DNA of 64,000 nt, from NCBI GenBank assembly GCA_031835245.2, contig JAVKOQ020000002.1, forward strand, positions 248,001 to 312,000. Reading direction: 5' to 3'. Position numbers and translations under genes: made by a program. Shown in pieces: positions 50,559-62,137 of this stretch. The notes under the pieces are model-generated. The model saw only the letters and a list, made by a program, of their open reading frames with translations. It made no database searches and was not told the origin of the DNA. The first letter of the stretch is position 1; the number at the start of each line of letters is the position of its first letter. The DNA comes from Balamuthia mandrillaris. Its lineage: Eukaryota.

Positions 50559-52024
50559 TTAGCTGAGCAGCTCCACCGCTTCTTCTCTCCTCATGGCTGA
50601 GGATGGCGCTTTCACGTTGAAGTTGAATGTAACGCTTTCCTTGTCGTTCATGAGACTTACGGCAGCACGATAGGGTCCGTTTTGTTTGATGGTCTCTTTC
50701 TGTAAACCAGTCAAGTAGACCCCATTGTACCAATAATCCAGCTTTCCTGTTTGTTTTTAATGGGTCTGTGAGTCCTCAAAAACAAACAACATGCAGGAAA
50801 CAACGAAACCTGCATCAATGTCCAGGCATACGCCAAGCACGTCCCCTTGTTTGAACCATTGAAATTCCTGCAGCGGAGGTTTGCTGTCTTTGCCATGATT
50901 GCCTCTTACCTCACCTGTATATGGTATTATGCTCCATCCTAAAGAGATGTGAAAGAATAAGGAGTTGAACCGACATTTCTCAAGAAAACCATCTGTGAGC
51001 AAACCTTCTGAAGTAGAATGTCCAATAATGCCAGTGTAGGTGTTACAAATTTTACTTGGAAGCACTCCTACAAATATCTGTGCGTTTATATAATTAAACT
51101 TTACCTCCCAATAGTGTTGTCCTGAATACACCGGGGAGAAAATAAGAAAAAGCATAAAAGATGAGAAAGGTAAAGAAACAGCAAGAAGAAGAAAGAAGAA
51201 GAAGAAAAACAAGCAGAAGAGAAGAAGAAAAAGAAGCAGAAGAGAAGAAGAAGAAGAAGAAGAAGAAGAAGAAGAAGAAGAAGAAGAACAAGAAGAAGAA
51301 GAAGAAGGAAGAAGGAAGAAGGAAGAAGCAGAAGAAGAAGAAGAAGAAGAAGAAGAATAAGAATAAGAAGAAGAAGAAGAACAACAACAAGAAGAACAAG
51401 AACAAGAATAAGAACAAGAACAATAAAGAGAACATGGATAAACACAACGAGAAAACACAAAAGAAATAAACCACATGGAAGAAGAAACCCAAACCAGAAT
51501 GCCAATCACGAGAAGCGTAGACGCGAAAGTGGTTGTAGTGCGTTCCGGTGACCGTTACCGTCAACTTCTTGTCCTCCAAACAAAGGTACTTGTCGCTGCC
51601 ATTAGCGACTTCCAAGTGTATGACTGGCACAACCAACAAAATAAATACATAAATAAAAGCGAGAAAAAAAAGAAACAAACATGAAAATAAAAATAAATAA
51701 ATAAAAAGGTGCATTACATTGCGACTGATAGAGTTCCTTCCAAGTTTGGACGTCGTGAGGAAGGGAGGACAAGCCCTCCTCCACCACGCCGCTCGTTTGC
51801 AGCACCATTTGCCAAAAGTAATCCCGGCGTAACAGCTGTGCAAAATGCTTGCATACCAAATGGCAGTGGAACAGGTCCTTGTTGGTGTTTTTGCTGCCGT
51901 GGGTTGTGCTCCTTACCACCAGCGGGGCCAGCCAGACCAAGGTGGTCAGCTGCAACTCGCTCGGCAGCTCCAAGAACGGGAAGTGAGGAGGGTCTTCTTC
52001 TTGGGGAGGCTTTGTGTTCGCCAT
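50559..52024 (-). CDS. F-box + SPRY/B30.2 domain protein (multi-exon)
   Basis: F-box FLELPSELQL..HLVCKHF..W..WKELY, and SPRY motifs SGQHYWEVK..IFVGV, GWSI, FKQGDVLGVCLDIDAGKLDYWYNGVYL..PYRAAVSL. Confidence 0.85.
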
Positions 52025-52343
52025 TTTTTCTTTTCTTTTTTTTTTTGTTGTGTATTCAAGCAGAAAATTGGTCTGGTCCTGTCCCTCTGATAATTTAGGA
52101 ATGTTTCTGGACAATTCCCTTGCATGAATGGCATCCATACATATCGCCATATTTTTGTAGACGTTTAATATCGGAGAGGCTTCAACGAAACGACGTCGTT
52201 CATGTTGGGCAAGGTTAACCTTGGTAAAGTAACGCTGTCGTCGGAAGATGTTTACGTATCCGTTAGGAAGGAGAAGAAAGATAGGTGGAGGCAAGAGGAG
52301 TTTTGGAAATCTGCCTGGCTGGTACGAATGCCTCCGTTGGTGA

Positions 52344-52453
52344 AATACAGCTGTATAAACAGGTGTCTAGACAGGTTTTTCCTGTATATACAGCCCGCCG
52401 ATCACCAAACAGGTTTTTCTGTATTTCTAACGGCCTGTTTAGACAGCTGTATT
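52344..52453. repeat. Cluster of 12-bp CAG(G/C)TG-containing units forming a 20-bp inverted repeat
   Basis: AATACAGCTGTATAAACAGG (52344-52363) versus CCTGTTTAGACAGCTGTATT (52434-52453), 1 mismatch. Internal ACAGGTTTTT(C)CTGTAT occurs twice. Confidence 0.85.
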
Positions 52454-52789
52454 GATCATTTTTCTGTATGCGATCACAAGATAGATAAGAGCAGGGTTCA
52501 TACGGAGAGAAGAGATAACATGACGGATAGGAGATTGTCTGCAAAAACTTGGGGTTTGAATTCCGTTCAATACATTCAAACCCTCACCTTCAGTTTTTTG
52601 CTCTCATCAGGTCTCTCTCTCTCTCTCTCTCTCTCTTTTGATTCTTTTGTTGCAAAATGTTTATTATTGAAGCATATCATGATGACAAGAGAAGAGTGTG
52701 ACAGAACAGCTCTCTGTGATCCCCAAACACAAGTATTGCAGTAACTCCCTGGTGAGAAACAAGACAAGAGACAAGAGGTGAGCAACAAG

Positions 52790-53210
52790 CTACAAGAATA
52801 GAGGTAAGAGCTGAGAGAGGAAAGACGAGAGAGCAGAGAGCAGAGAGAGGAGAGAGGAGAGAAGAGAGAGAGGCAAGAGGTGAGAAGTGAGAGGAGAGGT
52901 AAGAGAAGAGGTGAGAAGAGAGGAGAGAGAGGCGAGGAGAGAGGAGAGGAGAGGTAAGCAGAGAGAGGAGAGAGGCGAGAGGCGAGAGGCGAGAAGCGAG
53001 AGGCGAGAGGCGAGAGGCGAGAGGCGAGAGGTGAGCGGAGAGGTAAGAGAGGGGAGAGGTGAGAAGAGAGGAGAGGTGAGAGGTGAGGTAAGAGGAAAGA
53101 AAGAGAGGTGAGGAGAGAGATAGAGAGGCGAGAGAGGTGAGGAGAGAGAGGAGAGAGGTGAGAGGCAGGGAGGAGAGAGAGGAGAGAGGAGGTGAGAGAT
53201 AGGCAAGAGG
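52790..53210. repeat. Polypurine microsatellite (GAGAG/GAGAGGC/AGAGAGC units)
   Basis: Directly visible tandem purine repeats. Confidence 0.95.
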
Positions 53211-54079
53211 TGCGCAGAGTACCTCCTGGTGGAGCTCCGTGTGGAGTGATGCTGCCAATACACTCCTCACACCCAACGCGCACCCACGCCTGACTGCCGC
53301 TCCTGTACCCAACTCCCTTCTCTCTAGAGCTAAACGACTGGGCTCAACCAGTCAGCACGCCGGCACTGACCAGGACCCCCGTTTCTGGGACAACTAGGCC
53401 CGCTACTTCGAAGACAACGTCGCTCGTCGCCTTTGAAGGCCTCACCGTCTGCGTCCTGGGCAACATTACGAGTGCCAACATCCTGGCACACCTTGGCGAT
53501 GAATGCAATAGACTCTTCCACTGCTATCAACACAAGTGCCACAAGGGTGACGCCTAGTAGGCCTTACCTTCCGCACCAACACAGATGCCAAGCAACTCCT
53601 CACGCGTGGTAAGACGTACCTCCCCGGCGGCTCCATCATGGAGAAGGCCAAGGAACGTTCCAACCTTGTCGTCCTGACCTTCACGATGATGAGGAGACCA
53701 GTGATGATGACGGAACCAGTGACGGCACTCTGGAAATCAATGCCAGTGACGACGATGATGATGTGCCCACGCCTACCGATAGTCTCAAGCAACCCTGCCC
53801 TGCCCTCCTCCTGGCCGTTGACGCCAGCAACTGCTCACGGCGATGTCATTCATGGACTCGTTGCCAACCAAACACGGCTCCACCAGGAGGTGCTTCGGGC
53901 GCAGCGTGAGACTGAAGCCCAGCCACAGGACGGAGTGCGACCAGTTGGCACGGACCTCCGCTCGCCCACCAGTCTCCGTGTGGAGTGATGCTGCCAACAA
54001 CACTCTTCACCTCCAATGTATTCCAGCACGTCCTTGCCCCTCCGACCCTCCTCCTGTCCAACTTGCTGATAGCTGCTCC

Positions 54080-54325
54080 TTCTGTCTCTGCTCTGTCTCT
54101 GTCTCTGTCTCTGTCTCTGCTCCTGTCTCTGTCTCTGTCTCTGTCTCTGTCTCTCTGTCTCTGTCTCGTCTCTGTCTTCTCTGTCTCTGTCTCTGTCTCT
54201 GTCTCTGTCTTCTGTCTCTGTCTCTGTCTCTGTCTCTGTCTCTGTCTCTCTCTCTGTCTCTGTCTCTGTCTCTGTCTCTGTCTCTGTCTCTGTCTCTGTC
54301 TCTGTCTCTGTCTCTGCTCTCTCTC

Positions 54326-54362
<37 letters not shown>

Positions 54363-54367
54363 GTCTC

Positions 54368-54420
<53 letters not shown>

Positions 54421-54585
54421 GTCTCTGTCTCTCTGTCTCTGTCTCTGTCTCTGTCTCTGTCTCTGTCTCTGTCTCTGTCTCTCTCTCTGTCTCTGTCTCT
54501 CTCTCTGTCTCTGTCTCTCTCTCTGTCTCTGTCTCTGTCTCTCTCCCTGTCTCTGTCTCTCTCTCTGTCTCTGTCTCTCTCTCTG

Positions 54586-54619
<34 letters not shown>

Positions 54620-54620
54620 G
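54080..54620. repeat. (CTCTGT)n/(CT)n microsatellite, about 540 bp
   Basis: Directly visible. Confidence 0.97.
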
Positions 54621-55339
54621 CTAGCACCAAAGGCTCCGCAACCATAAACATGGGAGAGGAACATGGAATACTTGGCGTCTACTCTCGTGGCGTTCCTCTA
54701 CAAGCAGTGACGATGATAACGACACCACATCCACACCTCAAACAGCTCGGCTATGTGTTCCGCATGGCCGTTGATGCCAGCATCTGGGCACTGCGTGATG
54801 TCACCACCAAGAGATGCTCCGGACACAGTTCAAAACAGAAGCCTGTCACCTCCATGACGCCTAACACCAAGATTGATTCACTCCTGGTGGAGGTGGCAGC
54901 CCTCCGTTCCAACCTTTCGCTCACCCTTCCAGCACCACCCCCAATGTAGTCAAGCACCGCTCTGTTGTGTCTGTGCCCAACTTACCACTCTCCCACTCAC
55001 TCATTTTTCTCTCGTCACAGTGCCGTGAGGATGAGCTCTCGTGCAGAAAACCAATGAGGAACCAGCAGCCGGTTAACAAAGCATTGAGATGGGAAGCGAT
55101 TAGGACAAGAAGCAAGCTATTTACAAACTCAGTGTACGATATTTTTTGCTTCTCTTTCCTCTCTTTTGATGTTCTCTGTCTCTTTTGTCTTTGAATCTGT
55201 TTTTCTTTCTTTTTTTTCTCTCTTTCTATGTCAGAGGACCAGTCCAGTCCTCCATGATACAACGCCATTAGTATCTTGTTCTTTTTCAACTGCTTCTCTC
55301 TTTCTCCCTCATAGTGCCAGTCAGGTCCTCCACCATACA

Positions 55340-55920
55340 TCTTGTTCTCTGCTCTCTCCTCTCTCCTCTCTGCTCTCTGCTCTCTGCTCTCTGCTCTCTC
55401 CTCTCTCCTCTCTGCTCTCTCCTCTCTGCTCTCTGCTCTCTGCTCTCTGCTCTCTGCTCTCTGCTCTCTGCTCTCTGCTCTCTGCTCTCTGCTCTCTGCT
55501 CTCTGCTCTCTGCTCTCTGCTCTCTGCTCTCTGCTCTCTCTCCTCTCTCCTTCTCCTCTCCCTCTCTCTCCTCTCCTCTCTCTCCTCTCTCCTCCTCTCC
55601 CTCTCTCCTCTCTCCTCTCTCCTCTCTCCTTCTCCCTCCTTTCTCTTGTTCTCCCATCTCCCCTCTCCTCCCGTCTCCCGTCTCCCGTCTCCCGTCTCCC
55701 GTCTCCTGTCTCCCGTCTCCCATCTCCTCCCGTCTCCCATCTCCTCCCGTCTCCTGTATTCTGTCTCCTGTCTTCTGTGTCCCTCTCGCCTCTCCCCTCT
55801 CGCCCCTCTCCTCTCCCCTCTCGCCTCTCCCCTCTCCCCTCTCTTCTCGTCTCCCCTATCCCATCTTCCCTCTCAGCTCGCCTGTCTCCTCCTGTCTCCC
55901 TCTAAGAGATCTCTCCGTCT
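55340..55920. repeat. Polypyrimidine minisatellite ((CTCTCTG)n, (CTCCCGT)n)
   Basis: Directly visible 7-bp units. Confidence 0.95.
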
Positions 55921-56134
55921 CTGAGTTGCTTTTCAGTCTATTCTCCTTTGTTTACTGTCTGACACCACTACTAACAACTATCACTTTTTTTCCTTTCTTT
56001 CTTTCTTTCTTTTATCTGCCTCTCTGTTGTTTTTCCTTATCATCATCAACTGACTCTTTTTGCCTTTAGATTATCGTCCAACGCCAGCCATTTACAGCAT
56101 TGTTGCCAGGTATTTCTTTTGCTCGTTATCTTTC

Positions 56135-56200
56135 AATTTCTCTTTCTCTCTGTCTCCCTCTTTATCTCTCTCTCTCTTTTTCTTTCTCTTTCTCTTTCTC

Positions 56201-56235
<35 letters not shown>

Positions 56236-56692
56236 TTCTCTTTCTCTTTCTCTTTCTCTTTCTCTTTCTCTTTCTCTTTCTCTTTCTCTTTCTCTTTCTC
56301 TATCTCTATCTCTTTCTCTTTCTCTTTCTCTTTCTCTTTCTCTTTCTCTTTCTCCCTTTCTTGCTCCATCTTGCTTTCTCTTTTCATGTTGTTTAAATAC
56401 TAAATGCTTCATCTTTGTTTTCCTGCTGCTATAGGTAAGCCAGTGGCATTGCTGAGAACGAGAATGGGAATGAGAACGAGAACAAGCACAAGGACGAGAA
56501 CGAGAACGAGAACGAGAATGAGAACGAGAACAAGAACGAGAATGAGAACAAGAACGAGAACAAGAACGAGAACGAGAATGAGAACAAGAACGAGAACAAG
56601 AACGAGAACGAGAACGAGAACGAGAACGAGAATGAGAACGAGAATGAGAACGAGAACGAGAACGAGAACGAGAACGCGAACGCGAACGCGAG
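56135..56692. repeat. (TCTCTT)n tract followed by (GAGAAC)n tract
   Basis: Directly visible hexamer repeats at about 56135-56355 and 56453-56692. Confidence 0.93.
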
Positions 56693-56808
56693 ACTGGGAA
56701 CGAGGACAAGAAAAAGAACAGCAGAACAACAGCAGAGGATGTGGATGGGTCTTTTGATTTGGGATTGGTTCGGAAAATAAACAATTTGAACACTATTATG
56801 GTTCTTTG

Positions 56809-57004
56809 GTGTCTAAACAGCTATCTAAACACCTGTCTGAACACCTGTTTAAACATCTGTCTATACAGCTATCTAAACACCTGTCTAAACACCAGTTTAG
56901 ATAGCTGTATAAACAGATGACCATACAAGGAAAAATCGTTCCCTTTTATGCTTTTTGTCCATACACAGTGTATAGACAGGTGTTTAAACAGGTGTTTAGA
57001 TAGG
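56809..57004. repeat. Array of 12-bp units (consensus about ACACCTGTCTAA) with 36-bp inverted arms
   Basis: Forward units at 56809-56915. Arm 56832-56867 versus arm 56969-57004 (reverse complement) shows 3 mismatches in 36 bp. Same unit as the 52344-52453 cluster. Confidence 0.88.
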
Positions 57005-58084
57005 TCCGATCATCCAACGGAGTGCTCCACAGTAGAATAAAAAAGGGATGCACGCCGGAGGTATGACCCTCGAGAATTCTTCTCCTCTTCAAGGTGACCA
57101 ACACCTCTGAGTGAACCCATACCAGACCATTTCACTTCATTTATGTCCATTTCGTTGGACAACAAAGCAAGCAGCTCCAGAGCAGGGCGAACAATCTGGG
57201 TCAAAGTCTGGATCGCTTGAAGAACTCCTTGGCTTGGTTGTAAACGTATGAACTTCACTGGTGTGTTTGCTGATCCGTTTCCTTCACAATCACTTTGCCT
57301 CTTTTGTTCTTTGTTTAGCAGAGGAAACAAGAACACAACCAGAAACTACTATCAGAATTACATCTGTATGATCAGAAACCCAAGAACCACAATGCTGTTG
57401 GTGAAGGAATGTGCTAACACCTGACCAATTACATCAGTGAACCGAATGAAAAATGATAATTTACGCCAATAGCATCACCGCCTTTTCATACCTTGACTCA
57501 AACTTTTTCCTCCAACACGTTGCACTGTTGACATTTTTTCTTATGGTCTTTGTTTTATTCTTCACCTTTACTTCTGGCAAAACAAAAAGCTAGCCATTTG
57601 AACTTTCCTCCAGTTTTGCAGATGAGGTAACCAACACAAGAGTGTTACGCAAGAAAGAATCGCTAGGAAGGCCTACTGAGTCGGCGTCGAGTACTCTTGC
57701 TGGAGGAGCGTGGCGGGTTGGCAATCTTGCACATCCTGCACCACAGTTTGTAATGGCTCGTTGTGCCCTCCGCCTGAGAACAGTTCAGATGGTCCATGCG
57801 CGCTTTGTGCGTCTGTTCCATGGACAATTGATTCTCCTGGTTACTAGGCCTCCCTTGGCTTCATTGCAACACACAGACTCTTTCACTGTGCCACCAGCAA
57901 CAATTGCAGCACTTCCTCGGTGGCTCGATGCTATCTTTGAGATCACATCGTGTCTGGACTTGCCTTCCAACTCATGGGCGACCTACCAGCAATAGAAGCA
58001 TAGTACCTCGCTGTTAGCCATTCCCTTGGCCCAAACGCGTTTGGCTTCCTTTCTTTTGTTGTTGTTTTTTCCCTTCTGTTTTTG

Positions 58085-58117
<33 letters not shown>

Positions 58118-58182
58118 TTTTGTTGTATTTCGCAACTCTCCACAGATATATGAAACAGAAGATGGTGAAGAGAATTTATGTA

Positions 58183-60061
58183 TCATTCTTGTGGCGTAGT
58201 GTCAAGGCTGTAATAGAGAACCATATCGGCAGGTTGATCCCAAAACTGCAGATACAAAATAATAAATATCAACATTAGACACTAGACAAAAGTGAAGCTA
58301 GAAAAAAGGTGCAAGATTGGTTCATACCGTGTTACGAATGCACTCAAGTGTGTCATTGCGTTCCAGTGTGATGTATTTGTTTCGTTCAACGGTACTGCCA
58401 GGATTAACTGTTGGGACAAGAATGCTGATTTGAAAGTTGTTATGGTTGCCTACTTTGCTCAAAAATGTTTCGCTGTCTTCACCATTCTCTGGTGTATTGT
58501 GACCGTTTCCATTCATACCTTCTACAACAAACACAAAAATCAGAAAGGGACAAATAAGCAAGAAAAAAAAACAAAGACAAGAGTAAAAGTAAAAAGGGTT
58601 GTCACCTGAAGTAGGAGCAGCGCGGGAGGAAAGAAGAGGAGGAATTCGCTTCGCCAAAAATTGGGTGAGTTTCTGTACTGTTGCAGACTTGTTCGTTTTT
58701 AGACAATTCTTGTCCAATACAGGCAGCTGCGTTTCGTTTGGGTGTGGGTATAAAACAAAATCTATAAACTGTACCGCCCGTTTGAAAGGTCGTTAGCCAC
58801 TAACAAAGCAACGCCATAAGAAAGTAGTTTGCCAAACCTCTGGATTGTTGGCGAGTTTTGTGGCTAGTTGGTGTTTCCGCTTGGGCATGTGGTAATGTTG
58901 AAGCTCTCCTGTACTGGTTCCTGCTGGTGCTTGTTGTGGTTGTGGTGGTTTCGTTGTGGTGGGGACAGAAGAGGCGGCTGGAGAAGAGGGCGTGGCGGAA
59001 GGAGAAGGAATGGTCGTGGAAGAAGGGGTCGCTGATCCGGTTAGTGCATTATTAAAAGAGTCCGGGTATTTTCCGTGTAAGTCTTTAGATAAAACGTTTG
59101 AAAAACAACAGTGAGAAATGAAAGTGTACTTACTTGGTTTTGTTGTGCTACTTTTAGAGAAAGGTTCTGGCGACGTTGGTTCCGCAGAAGCAGAACTCTT
59201 TCGCCGACTACGTCTGGTGTTCATGGGAGATGGGACTGGCGTTGATGATGAAGACCCACCCGTGGAGGATCTCCTGACCGCCGCAGCCTGGCGTTTAATA
59301 CCCCTTTCTACACTGTCAGTAAGAGCTTTCCGATTTAGACTTTTGTTGATGTCCTCGATGAAGGACGCTTCCTGGGCCTCATACTCATCTAGGTTTGGGT
59401 AGATGGCGGCAATCAATTTGTCAAAGTTTGGATCTGGACGCAAGTGACGACGGGACGAGCAATGAACTCTACATGTAGGACATTCCTTCTTCTTGCTGTG
59501 ACAGTGCAAGGAAAGCACATAAGTAAAGTGGACAACAAAAACAAAGGAAAGGAGGAGGAAATAAAGAAAAAACCTCAGGCGAAGACACTTGGAAATGCAG
59601 TCTGCGCAGAACCGATGCAAGCACTCCATGACCGTCATTGTCCTGCGGATGATACCCAAGCAAATGGGGCAGGTGAGCTCCACGTTAAGCATGCGAATCT
59701 GCAGGGTGGTCGTGCTGCTGTCCTCAATGGGCAACATGGGTTTTCTATAAAGCTCATACAGGGTCAAACCCTCCACCTCCTCTTCCTCTCTTTCGTCCTC
59801 CTCTTCCTCTTCTTCCCCCTCTTTCTCTCTCGCTCTGGCCTCTGCCTTTTCTTTTCCCACTACTTTTCTTCTTTGTGTTGCCACCCCGTTGCTGGCTTCA
59901 CCCGTGTCCGTGCCCCCTCTGCTCCTTCTCTGCCTCTTGCTCTCTCGGGTGGTTGCCACCGTCTCTTCCTCCTCTTCCGGAGCAGCAGCACCCGCTCTGG
60001 CGGCTCTCTTCCGCAGGGTCTTGCCGCCATCATTGCCACGCCCTGTTTGAGTGCATGCCAT
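58183..60061 (-). CDS. RING1: RING1/RNF2-like E3 ligase (PRC1 catalytic subunit) with RING and RAWUL-like domains
   Basis: ELTCPICLGIIRRTMTVMECLHRFCADCISKCLRL|SKKECPTCRVHCSSRRHLRPDPNFDKLIAAIYPNLDEYE. The C-terminal FVLYPHP..LKTNKSATVQKLTQFL..TLECIR..FW..MVLYYS resembles RAWUL. Confidence 0.88.
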
Positions 60062-60427
60062 GGTGTTAATTATTTATTTGTTTAAAAAAAAAAGAACATG
60101 TTCCTCCGGAAGACCTTCTTCTAGAAATAAAAAACATAAGGCACAATGCAACGTACCTAGAGAAGCCCTGTCTTCCATTAGTTTGCCAAACCGGAAGTGA
60201 TGGCCAAGCAAGCAAGTGTGTGTTGAGGGAGTGGACTTGGTCCCTCTTCCGTGCTACTTTTTTTTTAATTTTTTTATCCTCCGATTGGAACTGTGACGTC
60301 AGTTGCTTGTGATCGCATTTACCTATCCACCAATTAGAAATCATAAAACATTCCGATTGTTTTCGGATGGAGATCAACCCGTGGAATTTCCTTTGTCGAC
60401 AGAAAAGCAAGCGAGCAGCGAGAAGAA

Positions 60428-61765
60428 ATGAAAGCGGTGGTGGTCGAGCGATGGCAAGAACCGGAGGAGCTCGCCGTCAGGCAAGCCCCGCTGCCGCCAT
60501 TGAAAAAGGGAATGGTGATGGTGGACGTGAAATATGCCGGCGCAAACTTCTACGACATTCTGATGGTGCAGGGCAAGTACCAGTACCGACCGCCATTCCC
60601 TTTCATCCCCGGCACCGAGTTCTCTGGCGTGGTCTCCAGGGTGGGCGAAGGCGTCACCCAGTGGAGAGTGGGCGATGAGGTCTATGGCATCGCTGCTACC
60701 GGTGCCTACGCGGAAAAGATCGCCGTGCCGGCCAATAGCATCCGTGCGATACCTCGTGGCATGTCCCTGCAATACGTATGCTACTTATCGGCTCCTCCCC
60801 GGCTTTGTTTTGTTCTGATCACACGCCCTAACGCTGTCTGTTCGTTTTGGTCTTACAGGCCGCTGGTTTTTCTATGACCTATCCCACCTCCTATGGTTCG
60901 CCTTTATCCTGCGTTCATTCTTGCGTTCAGCTTCTTCTTTTTCCCTCCTCTCTTGTTGCTCCATCATATCTCATTTGCTTTCAATCTCCCCAGCTGCATT
61001 GGTCTACAGAGCGAACCTACAGTCAGGGGAGACCCTGCTGGTGCACGCTGGGGCAGGTGGGGTGGGCATTGCCGCCATCCAAATAGGCAAAGCCCTGGGG
61101 GCTCGCGTCATTGCCACCGCTGGTGGCCCTGAAAAGTGCGCAGTCGCCAAAGCCGCTGGGGCTGACCACGTCATTGACTACAACAACAAGGAAAAGGACT
61201 TTGTGACCGAGGTGAAAGATCTCACCGATAGCAATGGTGCAGACGTTATCTTTGATCCGGTTGGTGGTGAGGTCTTTGATAACTCGACCAAATGCATTGC
61301 CTGGGGTGGACGTATGTCTTCTGTCTTGGTTGTAGGTTGTTCTTTTGTTCGTTGCTGATCAAGTCTCTTGGGGAGAAAAGGATTGTTGGTGATTGGTTTT
61401 GCAGGCGGAACCATTCCAAGCATTCGCACCAACCGGGTTCTTCTCAAAAACTGTTCTATCGTTGGGTATGATCTTCTTCCGCTCTTCTCCTGTCCTTTTT
61501 CTCGTTCTTGTTGAGCTAAAGCTGAAACCGAAACAGCGTGTTTTGGGGATCATACCAATATAAGCAACCCTCCAAAGTCGAAGAAGCCTTTCAACAGTTG
61601 GAGCAAATGTTTGTGGAAGGCAAACTGAGGCCAGTGGTCTATCCCAAGTCGTTCCGTTTGGAGCAGCTTCCTTTGGCATTGCGTGAGATCGCAGAGAGAA
61701 AGACCTTCGGGAAACTCATCGTTGAGGTTGATGCTAATCGCCAACAACAATCTGCAAAGCTTTAA
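60428..61765 (+). CDS. NADPH:quinone oxidoreductase (zeta-crystallin/MDR family) with a peroxisomal PTS1
   Basis: GANFYDILMVQGKYQYRPPFPFIPGTEFSG, LLVHAGAGGVGIAAIQIGKALGARVIA, GADVIFDPVGG, IAWGGRLLVIGFAGG, and C-terminal -AKL*. Confidence 0.93.
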
Positions 61766-61769
61766 ACAA

Positions 61770-61804
<35 letters not shown>

Positions 61805-61871
61805 AACGGAACAAAAGCAGGTGATAAGAGAAAGAACGATGCACTAGTTCTTTGTTTTTATACAACGTTAG

Positions 61872-62098
61872 TTACAAGCCAAGACTTTTTCTTACAGTGG
61901 CGGCCACTTTCTCGTTGAATGCTTCTCGGTCATCTCTCCACATTTTCTGGTTGAAAAAATCATCAAGTGAGCAAAAAAAAAGAAACAGAAAGAAAAGAGA
62001 AAGAAGCGCCTACAGCTGCATCAAGGTTTGCTGGACTTTCATCATTTGGTTCTGGTAAAGCAAAAACAAAACAAAAAAAAAAGACAAGTTAAAAGGGA

Positions 62099-62137
<39 letters not shown>

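Larger units (their letters stand above)
52344..57004. mobile_element. Probable decayed mobile element / repeat island bounded by related 12-bp repeat arrays
   Basis: About 4.7 kb without a recognisable intact gene in an otherwise very gene-dense window. It has related repeat arrays at both ends, stop/frameshift-broken coding-like sequence at about 53210-54060 and 54620-54950, and several long microsatellites. Confidence 0.45.

Noticed and set aside
53843..56793. Long ORFs of poly-(SL), (ER), (RT) and (LCSLLSA) in the ORF track
   Set aside because: These are artefacts of microsatellites lacking stop codons.
56809..57004. CRISPR-like array
   Set aside because: The units are contiguous 12-mers without unique spacers, the context is eukaryotic, and no cas genes are present.
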